This document shows, piece after piece, positions 52,230-64,000 of a stretch of 64,000 bases of DNA. The notes beneath the pieces are model-generated. The model was not told the DNA's origin. It saw only the letters and a list, made by a program, of their open reading frames with translations, and ran no database searches. The stretch's first letter is position 1. The number at the start of each line of letters is the position of its first letter. The DNA is from Rhynchobatus australiae (Eukaryota): NCBI GenBank assembly GCA_034780895.1, contig JAUZTB010000062.1, positions 14,861,934-14,925,933 of the forward strand, read 5' to 3'. Position numbers and translations under genes: made by a program.

Positions 52230-54030
52230 GGTCTAGATTTGCACAGAATCCTTCAACCTGGAAATTTGGGCAAAGTGGTTGCAGGTGGAATTTAATCCAA
52301 ACAAGTGCAAGGTAATGCATTTTGAGAAGTTAAATTCTGGTAGGACAGATAGAAAACATGGCAGGGATCTTAGGATCATTGACGTGAAGACTTGGGGCGT
52401 AAGTCTTTAGCTCCCTGAAAATGGCAACATGGTTGGATACGGTAGTGAAGGAGGAATTTGGCATGCTTGCTTTCATAGGCTAGGGCATTGAGCATAAAAG
52501 TTGGGATGTCATGTTACACCACACTGAGAGTATTGTCTACAGTTCTGGTTGCCACAATAGAGGAAGGATGTGGTAGCTATAGAGAGTACAGAAGAGATTC
52601 ACCAGGATGTTGCATGGTATGGGGGGCTGTAATGAAAAGGAGAGATGGATAGGGTGGGTTTATTCTCACTGGAATATAGGAGGCTGAGGGATGAGCTTGG
52701 GAGTTTTATATAATTATGAGGGGCATAGTTGGAAATAGATAGTCTTTTTCCCAGGGCAGGGGAGTCCAGAACTTGAGGGCACAGGTTTAAAGTGAGACAG
52801 GAGACATTTAAANNNNNNNNNNNNNNNNNNNNNNNNNNNNNNNNNNNNNNNNNNNNNNNNNNNNNNNNNNNNNNNNNNNNNNNNNNNNNNNNNNNNNNNN
52901 NNNNNNNNNNNNNNNNNNNNNNNNNNNNNNNNNNNNNNNNNNNNNNNNNNNNNNNNNNNNNNNNNNNNNNNNNNNNNNNNNNNNNNNNNNNNNNNNNNNN
53001 NNNNNNNNNNNNNNNNNNNNNNNNNNNNNNNNNNNNNNNNNNNNNNNNNNNNNNNNNNNNNNNNNNNNNNNNNNNNNNNNNNNNNNNNNNNNNNNNNNNN
53101 NNNNNNNNNNNNNNNNNNNNNNNNNNNNNNNNNNNNNNNNNNNNNNNNNNNNNNNNNNNNNNNNNNNNNNNNNNNNNNNNNNNNNNNNNNNNNNNNNNNN
53201 NNNNNNNNNNNNNNNNNNNNNNNNNNNNNNNNNNNNNNNNNNNNNNNNNNNNNNNNNNNNNNNNNNNNNNNNNNNNNNNNNNNNNNNNNNNNNNNNNNNN
53301 NNNNNNNNNNNNNNNNNNNNNNNNNNNNNNNNNNNNNNNNNNNNNNNNNNNNNNNNNNNNNNNNNNNNNNNNNNNNNNNNNNNNNNNNNNNNNNNNNNNN
53401 NNNNNNNNNNNNNNNNNNNNNNNNNNNNNNNNNNNNNNNNNNNNNNNNNNNNNNNNNNNNNNNNNNNNNNNNNNNNNNNNNNNNNNNNNNNNNNNNNNNN
53501 NNNNNNNNNNNNNNNNNNNNNNNNNNNNNNNNNNNNNNNNNNNNNNNNNNNNNNNNNNNNNNNNNNNNNNNNNNNNNNNNNNNNNNNNNNNNNNNNNNNN
53601 NNNNNNNNNNNNNNNNNNNNNNNNNNNNNNNNNNNNNNNNNNNNNNNNNNNNNNNNNNNNNNNNNNNNNNNNNNNNNNNNNNNNNNNNNNNNNNNNNNNN
53701 NNNNNNNNNNNNCAAGCTGCTTGACACGTCAATGCTGGGAAGACATTTCACCCTCAGCAGAGGAAGTCTAGAACTAAGGGCTACTTTCTCAGAATAATGG
53801 ATCTGTCATTTAAAGACTGAGATGAAAAATGTCTTCACTCAGATGATTGCAAATCTTAGGAATTCTCTAGCCCAAAGATCGGTGGGGGCTTAGTCATCAA
53901 GTGAAATCAAAGTAAAGATCAACAGATTTTTGGATACAAAGGAAATGAAGGGATTGGGGAATATTTAAGGTGGAGGTGAGTGACAACCCAATGGCAAATA
54001 AGGAATAAATGGCCTACTCCAACTCATGTT
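52230..54030 (+). mobile_element. CR1-like LINE RT 3' fragments around a gap
   Basis: W.VEFNPNKCKVMHF-type motif at about 52280; CR1 3'UTR at about 54010. Confidence 0.7.
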
Positions 54031-54124
54031 TCTCAAAACTCTTCAGAAATCAATGCTGGCTTTTCTTATCTGGTCTATGTTGTTCCCCATTAAAGCCATA
54101 TATATTATGTATATACACGCTTAC

Positions 54125-54223
54125 CTGTATAGGCAGAATACAGCCTCCTCGCAGATGAACATTTATTGTATCCAAAGGTGCCTTAAGTATAATATACTGA
54201 CCCTTACTATGAATTGCAGAACC
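54125..54223 (-). CDS. GAA: GAA copy B exon 17 ([33 protein letters not shown])
   Basis: 99 nt; paralogous to 564-662. Confidence 0.94.
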
Positions 54224-55100
54224 CTAAAAAGGGAGAGATACTGATAGGTTAACAAGTTCACAGCTGCATGCACATAAAGATAGTGAAACTGTGCTAAACA
54301 CCAAAACTAAAATTATAAACCTAGATTTAGTAAGANNNNNNNNNNNNNNNNNNNNNTTTCCCCACATAACTGTCAGCAATTTTGGAGTTTCCATGCATGT
54401 AGATGCAAAATTCCTGAAGCTGAAGTCCCCTGTTCATTGTTATTTTCCTGACTGCTCTGACATTGCACTCTTCATGGAGTTCAGTTTGAGGACACAAAAT
54501 TGCAGTAATTTTCCATGACTTTTGGTGCGGAATCTACATGAACATCATGTGGCAGGATGGAGCTGGCAGAAGGATTATTTCTCCATTTGTTTCAATGGAG
54601 GGGAACAGCTGCAAGGATATTTGACAGTACTAGATTTTTTGAAGTATTTGAGGGTTTAGGTCTCCTCATTTTTAAAGTCTGAAACATTTAGAAATATTAC
54701 ATACTTTTAGCAATGACAGCTTTGATACCTTGTCATGAGAGAATCTGCTAGCTGATGCAGCTCTTTTGACTGCAAGTGTGTTCAGATTGAGAAAGAGGAG
54801 CAAGTATGGGAATTTTGCCAGGACCAGAATGGATATTTCTTTGTTCTTTTGAGCAGAGTTAAAAACTCCAGAACAAGATACTATACTTGAACTATTTTGT
54901 TTTGCCTCAAAGCCAAATATAAAGCCTTTTCATGAATTTTCTGAGAATTCAACAGTCTAAAGGCAAAGTAGGCAAACTAACATTGCTGAGCAGACAAACT
55001 CAACTAAACAGTGTTACTAATGTAGATGCAGTGAGTATGTCACACAATGTAATTTTCTTTCCAAGATCACATTAAAAATGGAGAACCTTACAAAACTTAC

Positions 55101-55242
55101 ATCATTTAGATTGTACCATGTGGTTGGGGGAAAATAGCCAGACACCTCTACTGTCTTAGGTTTCAGTACTGGAGTGATGAGAAGTGCATCCCCCCACATG
55201 AACTGACGATCAATACTTATCGTGTTTGGATCCTGAGGGAAT
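55101..55242 (-). CDS. GAA: GAA copy B exon 16 (FPQDPNTISIDRQFMWGDALLITPVLKPKTVEVSGYFPPTTWYNLND)
   Basis: 142 nt; paralogous to 1172-1313. Confidence 0.95.
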
Positions 55243-55549
55243 CTAAAGCCAAGAAAAAGCAGAGTTTACACATGTGGAGTAAATCCAAAAGAACTGTTAG
55301 AAATGGGGAATATGAAGCTATTTAAATAAAGTATTTTTTATTCAAATGTACCAACATGGATATTTTTTTTAATCTTTTAGCTGTGACATTTGAAATCAAA
55401 TGTACATGCACACACTTTTGCTGCACCCTTGCTAACTGATGCCTCAAGCATTTCGGCATCCAACCACTGAGTTCTCAAACTCAGTTGTCATGCTGTGGCA
55501 CATTACTAAGCAAATGCCAAGTGCTTCTCCTAAGTGTGGAGCCATTAAA

Positions 55550-56400
55550 GAGACATTGGACAGTAACCAAGTTTAAGAATTAAATATTCCAGGATACTTG
55601 GAAGACTTGGAAGAGATTAGCAAAATGAAAAAGGAAGGCGTGATACCATTGATATTAAAGAATGACAGTGGCGAGGAAGGAACTTGGGTCAGAAAAACAA
55701 GTAGGATTAGTTTGTGTAGAGCCAAGAAACAACAGGAGCAGAAAACATTGATGAAATTGCATATTGGTCTCCAAGGAGTAATGATAATGTGGGACATAGT
55801 GTAAAGCAGGAAATTAGAGGAGCATGCGACAAAGGTGATATAATAATCATGGAGACTTCAATCTATAATATAAATTTGGCAAACCAAATGAGCAGTAATA
55901 GTGTAGAGGTGGAATTCATGGATCATACAAGAAACACTTTTCCAGATCAGCATGTGAAGAAGCCAACAAAAGAACAGGCTATTTTAGATCTTGTATTGTG
56001 CAATGAGGAATCTTTGATTAAGGACCTGATAGTTAAAGGGCCTTGCGGNNNNNNNNNNNNNNNNNNNNNNNNNNNNNNNNNNNNNNNNNNNNNNNNNNNN
56101 NNNNNNNNNNNNNNNNNNNNNNNNNNNNNNNNNNNNNNNNNNNNNNNNGCCTTGCGGAACAATGTTCATAATATAATTGAATTTTATATTAAAATTGAGA
56201 TGATTTAGTTCAGTCTGAAACTAGAGTCTTAGATTTGAATGTAGCAATTGACAAAGGCACATGGTATGAGTTGGCTATGATAGACTGGGAAACTACATTA
56301 AGAAGTATGGTGATGGCTGACTTTAAAATAATTAATACATAGTTTACAAGTAATATATATCCTTTTAAGGCAAAATAGCCATGGCTAGACATCATTGTGA
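55550..56400 (+). mobile_element. CR1 ORF2 endonuclease fragment
   Basis: EIRGACDKG..II...QHVKKPTKEQAILDLVLCNE peptide. Confidence 0.75.
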
Positions 56401-57119
56401 TATCAAGTTATTATATCAAAAGAAAAGGTAGAAAATGTTTCCAAAGAAGCCAAGAATTGCAAACTCAACTCATTTATGGCCACAGCACTTGCAAAAAATT
56501 AACGTCACTTCACACACACACATCCCTTCCCCCTTAGCCCTTCTTGCTTCTCTCTTTCCAGCCTTTTATCCCATCCACTCCCTCATCTTTCCACTTCTGT
56601 CCCTTTTCCCACACTGTTTTTAACCCCATCTCACCTCTCTCTCTCTCCACATTCTGCTGTAAGAATTTTGTTCTGGAGATACAACTGCAAAATTTTTAAG
56701 AGATAGCAAAAAAAAAACAGCTATCTGTAGGACTTGACAGCAAGTGATTAGACCACTTTATACCAAAAGAAATGCATTGTGTTTTTAATATTTCTGGTCC
56801 TGGTGTCATCATAGGAATTCTGCTGCCCCCTTTACTGAATTCAAACTCCAAATGATGTCTATAAACAACCAAAAACACAACTTCCACTGTTACATTACAC
56901 TCTAACAACTGGCTTTCTGATTAAGGTAGAAAAGCTATGCAGTCCAACAACAGTGATATTAGAGCAGCAAATAAGATCGAAGAATTCTAATAATGCAAAT
57001 CAGAAAATAACTTTTAACTACGCTTTTTAAATACTTTGTAGAGAACAAAAAGTTTGGGATGTGCACACAAGATTCAGAATGGTAGCTGAAATTTTAAACA
57101 AAAACTTGTATTCAATATT

Positions 57120-57460
57120 TGGAGCAGCACTGTGGCACAGCTAGTAGAGCAGGTGCCTTGACTCCAGTGATCTGGGTTCAATTCTGATCTCCTGTGCTGT
57201 CTATGGAGTTTGTACTTGTCCCTGTGTGGGTTTCCTCTGGGTGCTCCTGTTTCCTCCCAGATCCCAAAAACATGCAAGTTGGTAGGTTAACTGGTTGCTG
57301 TAAATTGCTCTTAGTGTGTAGGTAAATGGTAGAATCTGGAGGGAGTTGAAAGGAATGTGGATAGAATGGATTGAGATTAGTGTAATTTTAGTGTAGGTCT
57401 GTGCTTGATGGTTGTCATAGACTCTGGGCCAAAGGACCTGCTTCTATGCTGTATGATACT
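57120..57460 (+). mobile_element. tRNA-type SINE
   Basis: gcagcactgtggcacagctagtagagc head, gggttcaattc box B, and the conserved core. Confidence 0.7.
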
Positions 57461-58917
57461 ATCATATAACTTTCAAATAAATATTCTTAATGAGATTGAC
57501 AAAGTTAGATTTTGCATGATTAATTATGACAGTATGGCATTGAAAACTCAGTCTCTTAACACAAGATGAGATTTTCATGGTTTTTGCAGTGAAAAATGAC
57601 CAAGAAAAAAAAAATGTAAAATTGTTGTCAGTGATTTCTGTGAATTTTACACAATGCAGCCCAATTTGGAACATGTGCAACTGTATAAAAGTTACTGTCA
57701 GTTTTTTAGCAAGTGCTGCTGGTTTCAATGCCATTGAAAGTTAGTTAAGAAACATTATCATGTTATACTTTGTAGACTGGTAAAGAGGACTGTGCTTCAG
57801 AAGCACCTTGAATGATTAAATATGAACACGTTGGGTTCCTGATGACCCAAGGTTGGCCTTGAAGTTAACCCATGGAAAAGTTTGAAGTTGGATTAAAATG
57901 TGATTGGATCATATAAAACAAACCTACAGCAAAATATCATAAGATTTAATTTCAACCTGTAAATATTTGATCTCAGTCAAGCAGAAGGACAAGATGATGG
58001 GATGAAAATAGAGATGAGTAATTACGCTAGTGGTGCAGAATTGTTGAGTAGGTTCAAGATTAAGATCAGTAGACTATTGGACATTAGGAGAATCAGGGAA
58101 ATGAGGACTGTTCCGAAAAGCCAACAAGGAACAAACCAAATGGCAAAAAGGCTTGAGGAGCATAATCGGCAATTCCCTCTTTTAATTCTCGCATTCTTAT
58201 AAATCTGCAAGTTTTGTGCCTGTCTNNNNNNNNNNNNNNNNNNNNNNNNNNNNNNNNNNNNNNNNNNNNNNNNNNNNNNNNNNNNNNNNNNNNNNNNNNN
58301 NNNNNNNNNNNNNNNNNNNNNNNNNNNNNNNNNNNNNNNNNNNNNNNNNNNNNNNNNNNNNNNNNNNNNNNNNNNNNNNNNNNNNNNNNNNNNNNNNNNN
58401 NNNNNNNNNNNNNNNNNNNNNNNNNNNNNNNNNNNNNNNNNNNNNNNNNNNNNNNNNNNNNNNNNNNNNNNNNNNNNNNNNNNNNNNNNNNNNNNNNNNN
58501 NNNNNNNNNNNNNNNNNNNNNNNNNNNNNNNNNNNNNNNNNNNNNNNNNNNNNNNNNNNNNNNNNNNNNNNNNNNNNNNNNNNNNNNNNNNNNNNNNNNN
58601 NNNNNNNNNNNNNNNNNNNNNNNNNNNNNNNNNNNNNNNNNNNNNNNNNNNNNNNNNNNNNNNNNNNNNNNNNNNNNNNNNNNNNNNNNNNNNNNNNNNN
58701 NNNNNNNNNNNNNNNNNNNNNNNNNNNNNNNNNNNNNNNNNNNNNNNNNNNNNNNNNNNNNNNNNNNNNNNNNNNNNNNNNNNNNNNNNNNNNNNNNNNN
58801 NNNNNNNNNNNNNNNNNNNNNNNNNNNNNNNNNNNNNNNNNNNNNNNNNNNNNNNNNNNNNNNNNNNNNNNNNNNNNNNNNNNNNNNNNNNNNNNNNNNN
58901 NNNNNNNNNNNNNNNNN

Positions 58918-59020
58918 AGTTGTGTCCAGCGTATACAGAGTTCTTCATTGGTGCCCCAACGAAAACCACAGACATCTGCTCCCACCAGTGGAACTCCATA
59001 CATGTTAAACAGCATTATTG
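58918..59020 (-). CDS. GAA: GAA copy B exon 14, partial; 3' end in gap ([33 protein letters not shown])
   Basis: Acceptor tag at 59021; GADVCGF motif; runs into the N gap at 58917. Confidence 0.93.
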
Positions 59021-59577
59021 CTATGTAATACACAAGATTTCTTTTAAAAACTTATCATCTTTCACATTACATTTATATTTAAACTGTATTGTTATACAAC
59101 AGATAGCAAGTAAATAGTTTGACTATCCTAAAAATATTATAAATAATTATGGGCTGTAATAAAAAGAATTTACTTTGTGGTGGGATGATATAAACTGATA
59201 GTGTACTTGTACTGCATTCAAATAGATTTGTATTGGAGAAAGATGAGGAGAATTACCCTGCTCTTCTTTGATGCACAGCTAAGCTTGCCAGCATATAACA
59301 GCAGAGAGAGCCTGGAGCAAATGCCCACAGCTAGTAAAGTTGCTGGAATGAGGGATTTTAGAGAAAGCAAAGCGAGAAAGATCCATTAATCAAAAATAGA
59401 TGTGGGCATAGTATCCTATTAAAAATCAACTTTCATTTTCAGGTACAATCCAGCCAGATGTTCCAAAAGTATATAAAATTCCATAAATAAAAAATGTAAC
59501 AGATCAGGCAATATCCCCAAAGAAAAACAGGGTTAACTTTTCAGGTCAATTAACAAACTCCACATTAATTTATGTAC

Positions 59578-59711
59578 CTGGGATGGTGTAGTACATATCA
59601 TTCCAGCCACTTGAGATGTCCCCTGTCCAGTGTCCAGCATAATGACCATGACTGGGAAATGTTGAACGTGAAATAACAAAAGGGCGTTTACCCCTCACTT
59701 TGATCAATGCA
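59578..59711 (-). CDS. GAA: GAA copy B exon 13 ([44 protein letters not shown])
   Basis: 134 nt; HWTGD acid/base motif intact. Confidence 0.96.
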
Positions 59712-60678
59712 CTAAGTACAAGAGAGAACTCATTGATAGCTTAATGTTTACAATAATTGATAACTGCCAATAAACAATGTAATTTCTTCCCTCCAACACT
59801 TCTCAAGCCACTTCAGGAATGTGCTTTTAAGATTCATTGGCAATACTTGATATTCCTCTTTGTGTTGGCATCCATCTGCCATACTTGTAAAAGATAAAAA
59901 TCTAGTTGCCAAGATCAATTGCCATTTGAGCTTTTATACTCCTTGGATGCAAATCCCATCCATCACCTCAGTTTAGAGTGTTATTACCATTTGAGTGCAA
60001 TCAGATATGTTGGTACTGATGGTGTTCTCTAATTTCGAGGAAGCTGAAGGAACCAAAAGAATGTTCCAGAATTACCACAAACTCAAGCAATTTTCTTTTA
60101 CAAATCTGATAGTTGATCCCTGGAATCAGACAGGACACAAGGTGGTGATAGGAGCTGTGGTTCAAAATGAAGTCTGGAGCAATATAGTGGCTCTGGCTTT
60201 TAGATGATTAGCTGGCTGTTAATCTAAATGGTTCATCATTGTGACAGATAAATTCAATCAGATTAATAAGGTCACAATATGACTACCAGTCCCTTCTGAG
60301 CTGAAGTAAAAGGTATATGTGGTACAGTTCACATTAGGACCTTGGAATAGGAAATTAAAAATATCTGCCCAGTTTTCTGCTTCTGATTCCTATTTAATTC
60401 TACCTTTGCCCACCCAGAGGCCAGGATCATGCTTTAATGCAACGTGTTTGCCTGATAAATTCATGTGTGAAGAATTGCACTCTGAATAGTACTTCAGAGT
60501 GCAATTCAGAGAGAATAAGTACTCTGGAGCAATTAAAAAAGATGGAACTAAGTTCTAAGGATTTTCTTTTGAAAACTTTAAACTTATTCTGCAGTGTTCA
60601 AAAACCCTTGACCACTCCATGTTACTGCAACCATATTCAGTAAAACTAAATATGTTTTATGATTCATTTGGTACTCAC

Positions 60679-60913
60679 TCATGGGACACAATGGCCTCAG
60701 TNNNNNNNNNNNNNNNNNNNNNNNNNNNNNNNNNNNNNNNNNNNNNNNNNNNNNNNNNNNNNNNNNNNNNNNNNNNNNNNNNNNNNNNNNNNNNNNNNNN
60801 NGAAACAATGGCCTCAGTTAACCCATACAGGTTGTGCAGGTTATAATGCGATGAGAGATGCTGTTTTCCAGATACACACAGTGTACGATCTCTCAGATAT
60901 GCTCCACTCACAT
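60679..60913 (-). CDS. GAA: GAA copy B exon 12 ([38 protein letters not shown]), split by a 100-N gap
   Basis: Removing the gap and the 17-nt overlap (60685-60701 vs 60802-60818) gives exactly 118 nt; cag/gtgagt boundaries. Confidence 0.92.
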
Positions 60914-61083
60914 CTGCAGATAAACGAAAACTTAATAGATTATTTTCCACAAAAGTCAGAAATACAATGAAAATGAAAAAAAAACAGAATTAAACCAGTC
61001 ATGCACAAAATACTTGAAACAAACATTGTAAAGAAGGGCATAAAATGATTTTGAAAGACAAGGTTGAACATATTGGCTCTTAC

Positions 61084-61168
61084 CTGGTACATAAGGAGGG
61101 TTTTCTAAACTGTTGTCTGGACAACCACCTATTGCTCCACTAATGAAGTTGGATGGCTCATTCATGTC
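61084..61168 (-). CDS. GAA: GAA copy B exon 11, catalytic nucleophile ([28 protein letters not shown])
   Basis: 85 nt; with exon 10 it completes WIDMNE (human D518 equivalent). Confidence 0.96.
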
Positions 61169-61652
61169 CTGCAAAACAACTTATTTAATTTTTTAAACAA
61201 TATTGAAACAGTTGATCTCACAGACGTAGTTCCTTCAGATCTTTTAAACCACCTTCTCTGGAGCAGCAAGATTCTGCCTCTGCATGCAGACCAGATAAAT
61301 ACAGGCATAGATGAACCCCATGGATTGAATCCAGGTGAGGAGAAATGGACCCATGAGATCTGCACCAACATTGTAACAGTACATTGTAACAGCAAAAAGT
61401 AACATGTCTGTATATGGAATGTAGCAGAGTATGAAACAATGTGACTGTACCTAGCACTGCTCATGTGCTTGTCTTGTACTACTGTCATTTTCCATATTTA
61501 AACTATCTAAACTAAATCTTTTGAATAATGTAATTTTGAAGACTACACAATTAATGAGAGCATTAAAGTGCCTATTTAACAGCACTTTATTCACTTTGCA
61601 CAACTTTTAAATTTTATATTTTGAGCTTTTTCCACTTTCTTCATATACTTAC

Positions 61653-61766
61653 AATCCACATCCCATCAAACGGCACTTGATCATGAAATTCCTTAATGTT
61701 CTCGTACCACCAGGCCTGGGTTTCTGGGTTTGTAAAATCTGGGAAGGCTGTTGGACCAGGCCAAAC
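61653..61766 (-). CDS. GAA: GAA copy B exon 10 ([38 protein letters not shown])
   Basis: 114 nt; tag/gtaagt boundaries. Confidence 0.96.
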
Positions 61767-62350
61767 CTAAATAAAGCAGACCAGAAGATCTTGAATGTGT
61801 TTCTGGAGACTGTGTCGGGAATTCAAATTGAGTCTGGACAGTGGAGACTCCACGAGAAGCCAGGGAGGTGACAGTCCTATATTCCTAGATTTGAATTTTA
61901 GCAACATGTACTCCACATCACAACTGTGTGTCTAGTCACACAGCATTGCCTGGATTTCTATACCACTTATATTAATGCAAAGAAATACACAAAGTCGAGC
62001 ATTGCAATAGCAGCAAATAGGCCAAACAGCTTGGTTGGATTTAATGTTCCTTTTAAGTAAGAATAAACTAGATATTTTAACTGACCCCCAATTAACTCAT
62101 TTACTATAAAGTTAAGGACATAACTGGGAATACCCTCGATATGAGATGGAAAGTTACCAGGGCTCTGGTGTAAACTCAGATCCTTTCAGATTGCTGTCTC
62201 ACACAGAACCACCTGACAGTCATTTTTTAAATTTCAAAAGTATACAAGATNNNNNNNNNNNNNNNNNNNNNNNNNNNNNNNNNNNNNNNNNNNNNNNNNN
62301 NNNNNNNNNNNNNNNNNNNNNNNNNNNNNNNNNNNNNNNNNNNNNNNNNN

Positions 62351-62690
62351 AAATTTCAAAAGTATACATTATTCAAAATATATATACAGGAAATATATTA
62401 CAATCAGTACATGGCCTTCTATACATTCATTGTGCCATCAAATCAATACATTTTACTTATAATGCATCAATGCCATTCAGGTTTCCTCTTTAAAAATACC
62501 ACCATGAAGTGTTCGAGAGGTTGTTACATAGCACCCTGCCCTGATGGTAGGGCAGTGATGGTAGGACACTAGTCCGTAGTCCTTTTCCACAAAGGTAGCA
62601 GGAGCAAACTTCTCTGCCTGCTTCAGTATGCAGTCCTGCACCCTGGAATGACGATGAGTGGAAAATTGAGATGTGCCAAGGCACAAATGG
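62351..62690 (-). mobile_element. Tx1/L1-like LINE 3' end
   Basis: HSRVQDCILK resembles the Tx1-type C-terminus HS.VQDYVLRD; AT-rich tail. Confidence 0.4.
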
Positions 62691-62744
62691 TGGTACAGTG
62701 ACACAGCCTGTGCAAAATGTTTGCAGAATGTGCAAACTCCATAC

Positions 62745-63040
62745 AGCGCTGCCTCATTGTTCCAATGACTCAGGGTCAATCCAGACCTTCAGAGCTATCT
62801 GTGTGGAGTTTGCACATACTCCCCATGATTAGTAGGGAGAAACTCCACAGTGCTCTGGTTTCCTCCCACATCTCAAAGACATGTGGTTGTTAATTGGCCA
62901 TTACAAATTTCCCCAAATGTAGGCGAGTCATGGGATTGATGGGAATGTAGGCAGAAAGGTACAGGGGAATTAATGGATGAATAGGATTGCTCCAGGAGCT
63001 GGCATAAAATCAATGAGATGAATGCCCTCCTAAGTCATAA
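62745..63040 (+). mobile_element. tRNA-type SINE
   Basis: gtgtggagtttgcacatactcccc...ggtttcctcccacatctcaaagac core. Confidence 0.65.
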
Positions 63041-63691
63041 GGAAATAAAACAAAATTCTGCCTTGCAGCAGGTGGTTCTCCACTGAACCAGCACCTGGTC
63101 AGTCAGCCCGTTCAAACACAACTTCATAATAAACTGACTACAGGCAACCCCCACGTTATGGCTGTTTGGGTAGCAGAAATTCACCCTTACAGAATTCACA
63201 AATCACTACCTAAAAATTTGAGATATGGAATAAAGTTCACTCTTATGGAATTTGAGGAATAAAGTAAATAAATAAAGATAATTTTCTTTTAGCAACTCGC
63301 ATTTCTCAATGCATGGTTCACATTATGGAAAATTAAGATAGAGACCGATATGTAGGAATGCAACCCCACCCCAGTAGCATGGGGGTTGCCTGTATGTAAT
63401 CACAACTAACAACAATTGTGGCTTGTCACGCTATATTTGTGCCCACACACCGATAACGAGTTATCTGCTTGAAATTAATAGTATTTTCTAACAGATCAAT
63501 CAAAATATTGAATGGAACTGTATTCTAAGAGGTATTATTCAAAACAACTATTAGTACTTTATTTAACCATCGGCTTTTCAAAAGGTTTGATTTTATTTCT
63601 TCACGTAAAGAAGATTTGACAAAAGTGCAATTAATAATGAGTAAATGGAAATTCCAACTTTATAGTTTAAGTTTCTCTTTGCTACACTGAC

Positions 63692-63802
63692 CCGTCCTAT
63701 TAACGGTTGACCTGTTTCATTCTTGATAAAGACACCTCTCTTGACACCAACGTCGTATGGTTTGTATTTCCCTGGTGTCTCTGCACTGCTGATGCCAGAA
63801 TC
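63692..63802 (-). CDS. GAA: GAA copy B exon 9 ([37 protein letters not shown])
   Basis: 111 nt; tag/gtcagt boundaries. Confidence 0.95.
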
Positions 63803-64000
63803 CTATAACAAAATGAAAAAATGCCATAAGTATTCTTGAAGGAAAAGGAACCATGATGCCTCTCTTCAGACATTAAAACTAAGCTTCAAAATGGTCACTC
63901 GCCATTGGCGTTGCTACAATAGAGAAATCTCAGGGCTGGGGAGAGCTAAGAAGCCAAAGAATAGCTTCATCACATCCAACAGGAGGTGATGAGAGTTTAT

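Larger units (their letters stand above)
48592..63802 (-). other. GAA: GAA-like gene, copy B (exons 9-20 in window; 5' part beyond the right edge)
   Basis: Second set of GAA exons with [32 protein letters not shown] and a terminal stop. Exon 15 is presumed to lie in the 58226-58917 gap. Confidence 0.93.

Overview
Vertebrate genomic DNA with many N gaps. The repeat content (CR1 LINEs, tRNA-type SINEs, Rex1, Penelope-like elements) suggests a cartilaginous fish; this is an inference. The window holds two head-to-tail copies of lysosomal acid alpha-glucosidase (GAA, family GH31), both on the minus strand. Exons are numbered as in human GAA. Copy A runs from its ATG at 30006 through exons 2-10 and 12-17 to 564 and continues past the left edge. 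Copy B enters from the right edge with exons 9-14 and 16-20 and stops at TGA 48592-48594. All complete exons have GT-AG boundaries. Exons 3-16, 18 and 19 match the human lengths, while exon 17 is 99 nt in both copies. Exon 11 of copy A and exon 15 of copy B are not visible and probably lie in gaps. The paralogs differ mostly at synonymous sites but diverge in an active-site loop (CGFGGAT vs CGFRWGT). The 18-kb spacer contains no visible CpG island, but it has a paired RFX X-box-like module and a ~72-bp inverted repeat. The rest is decayed retroelement sequence, including a Penelope-like RT/GIY-YIG relic and palindromic Penelope termini with degenerate hammerhead-ribozyme cores.
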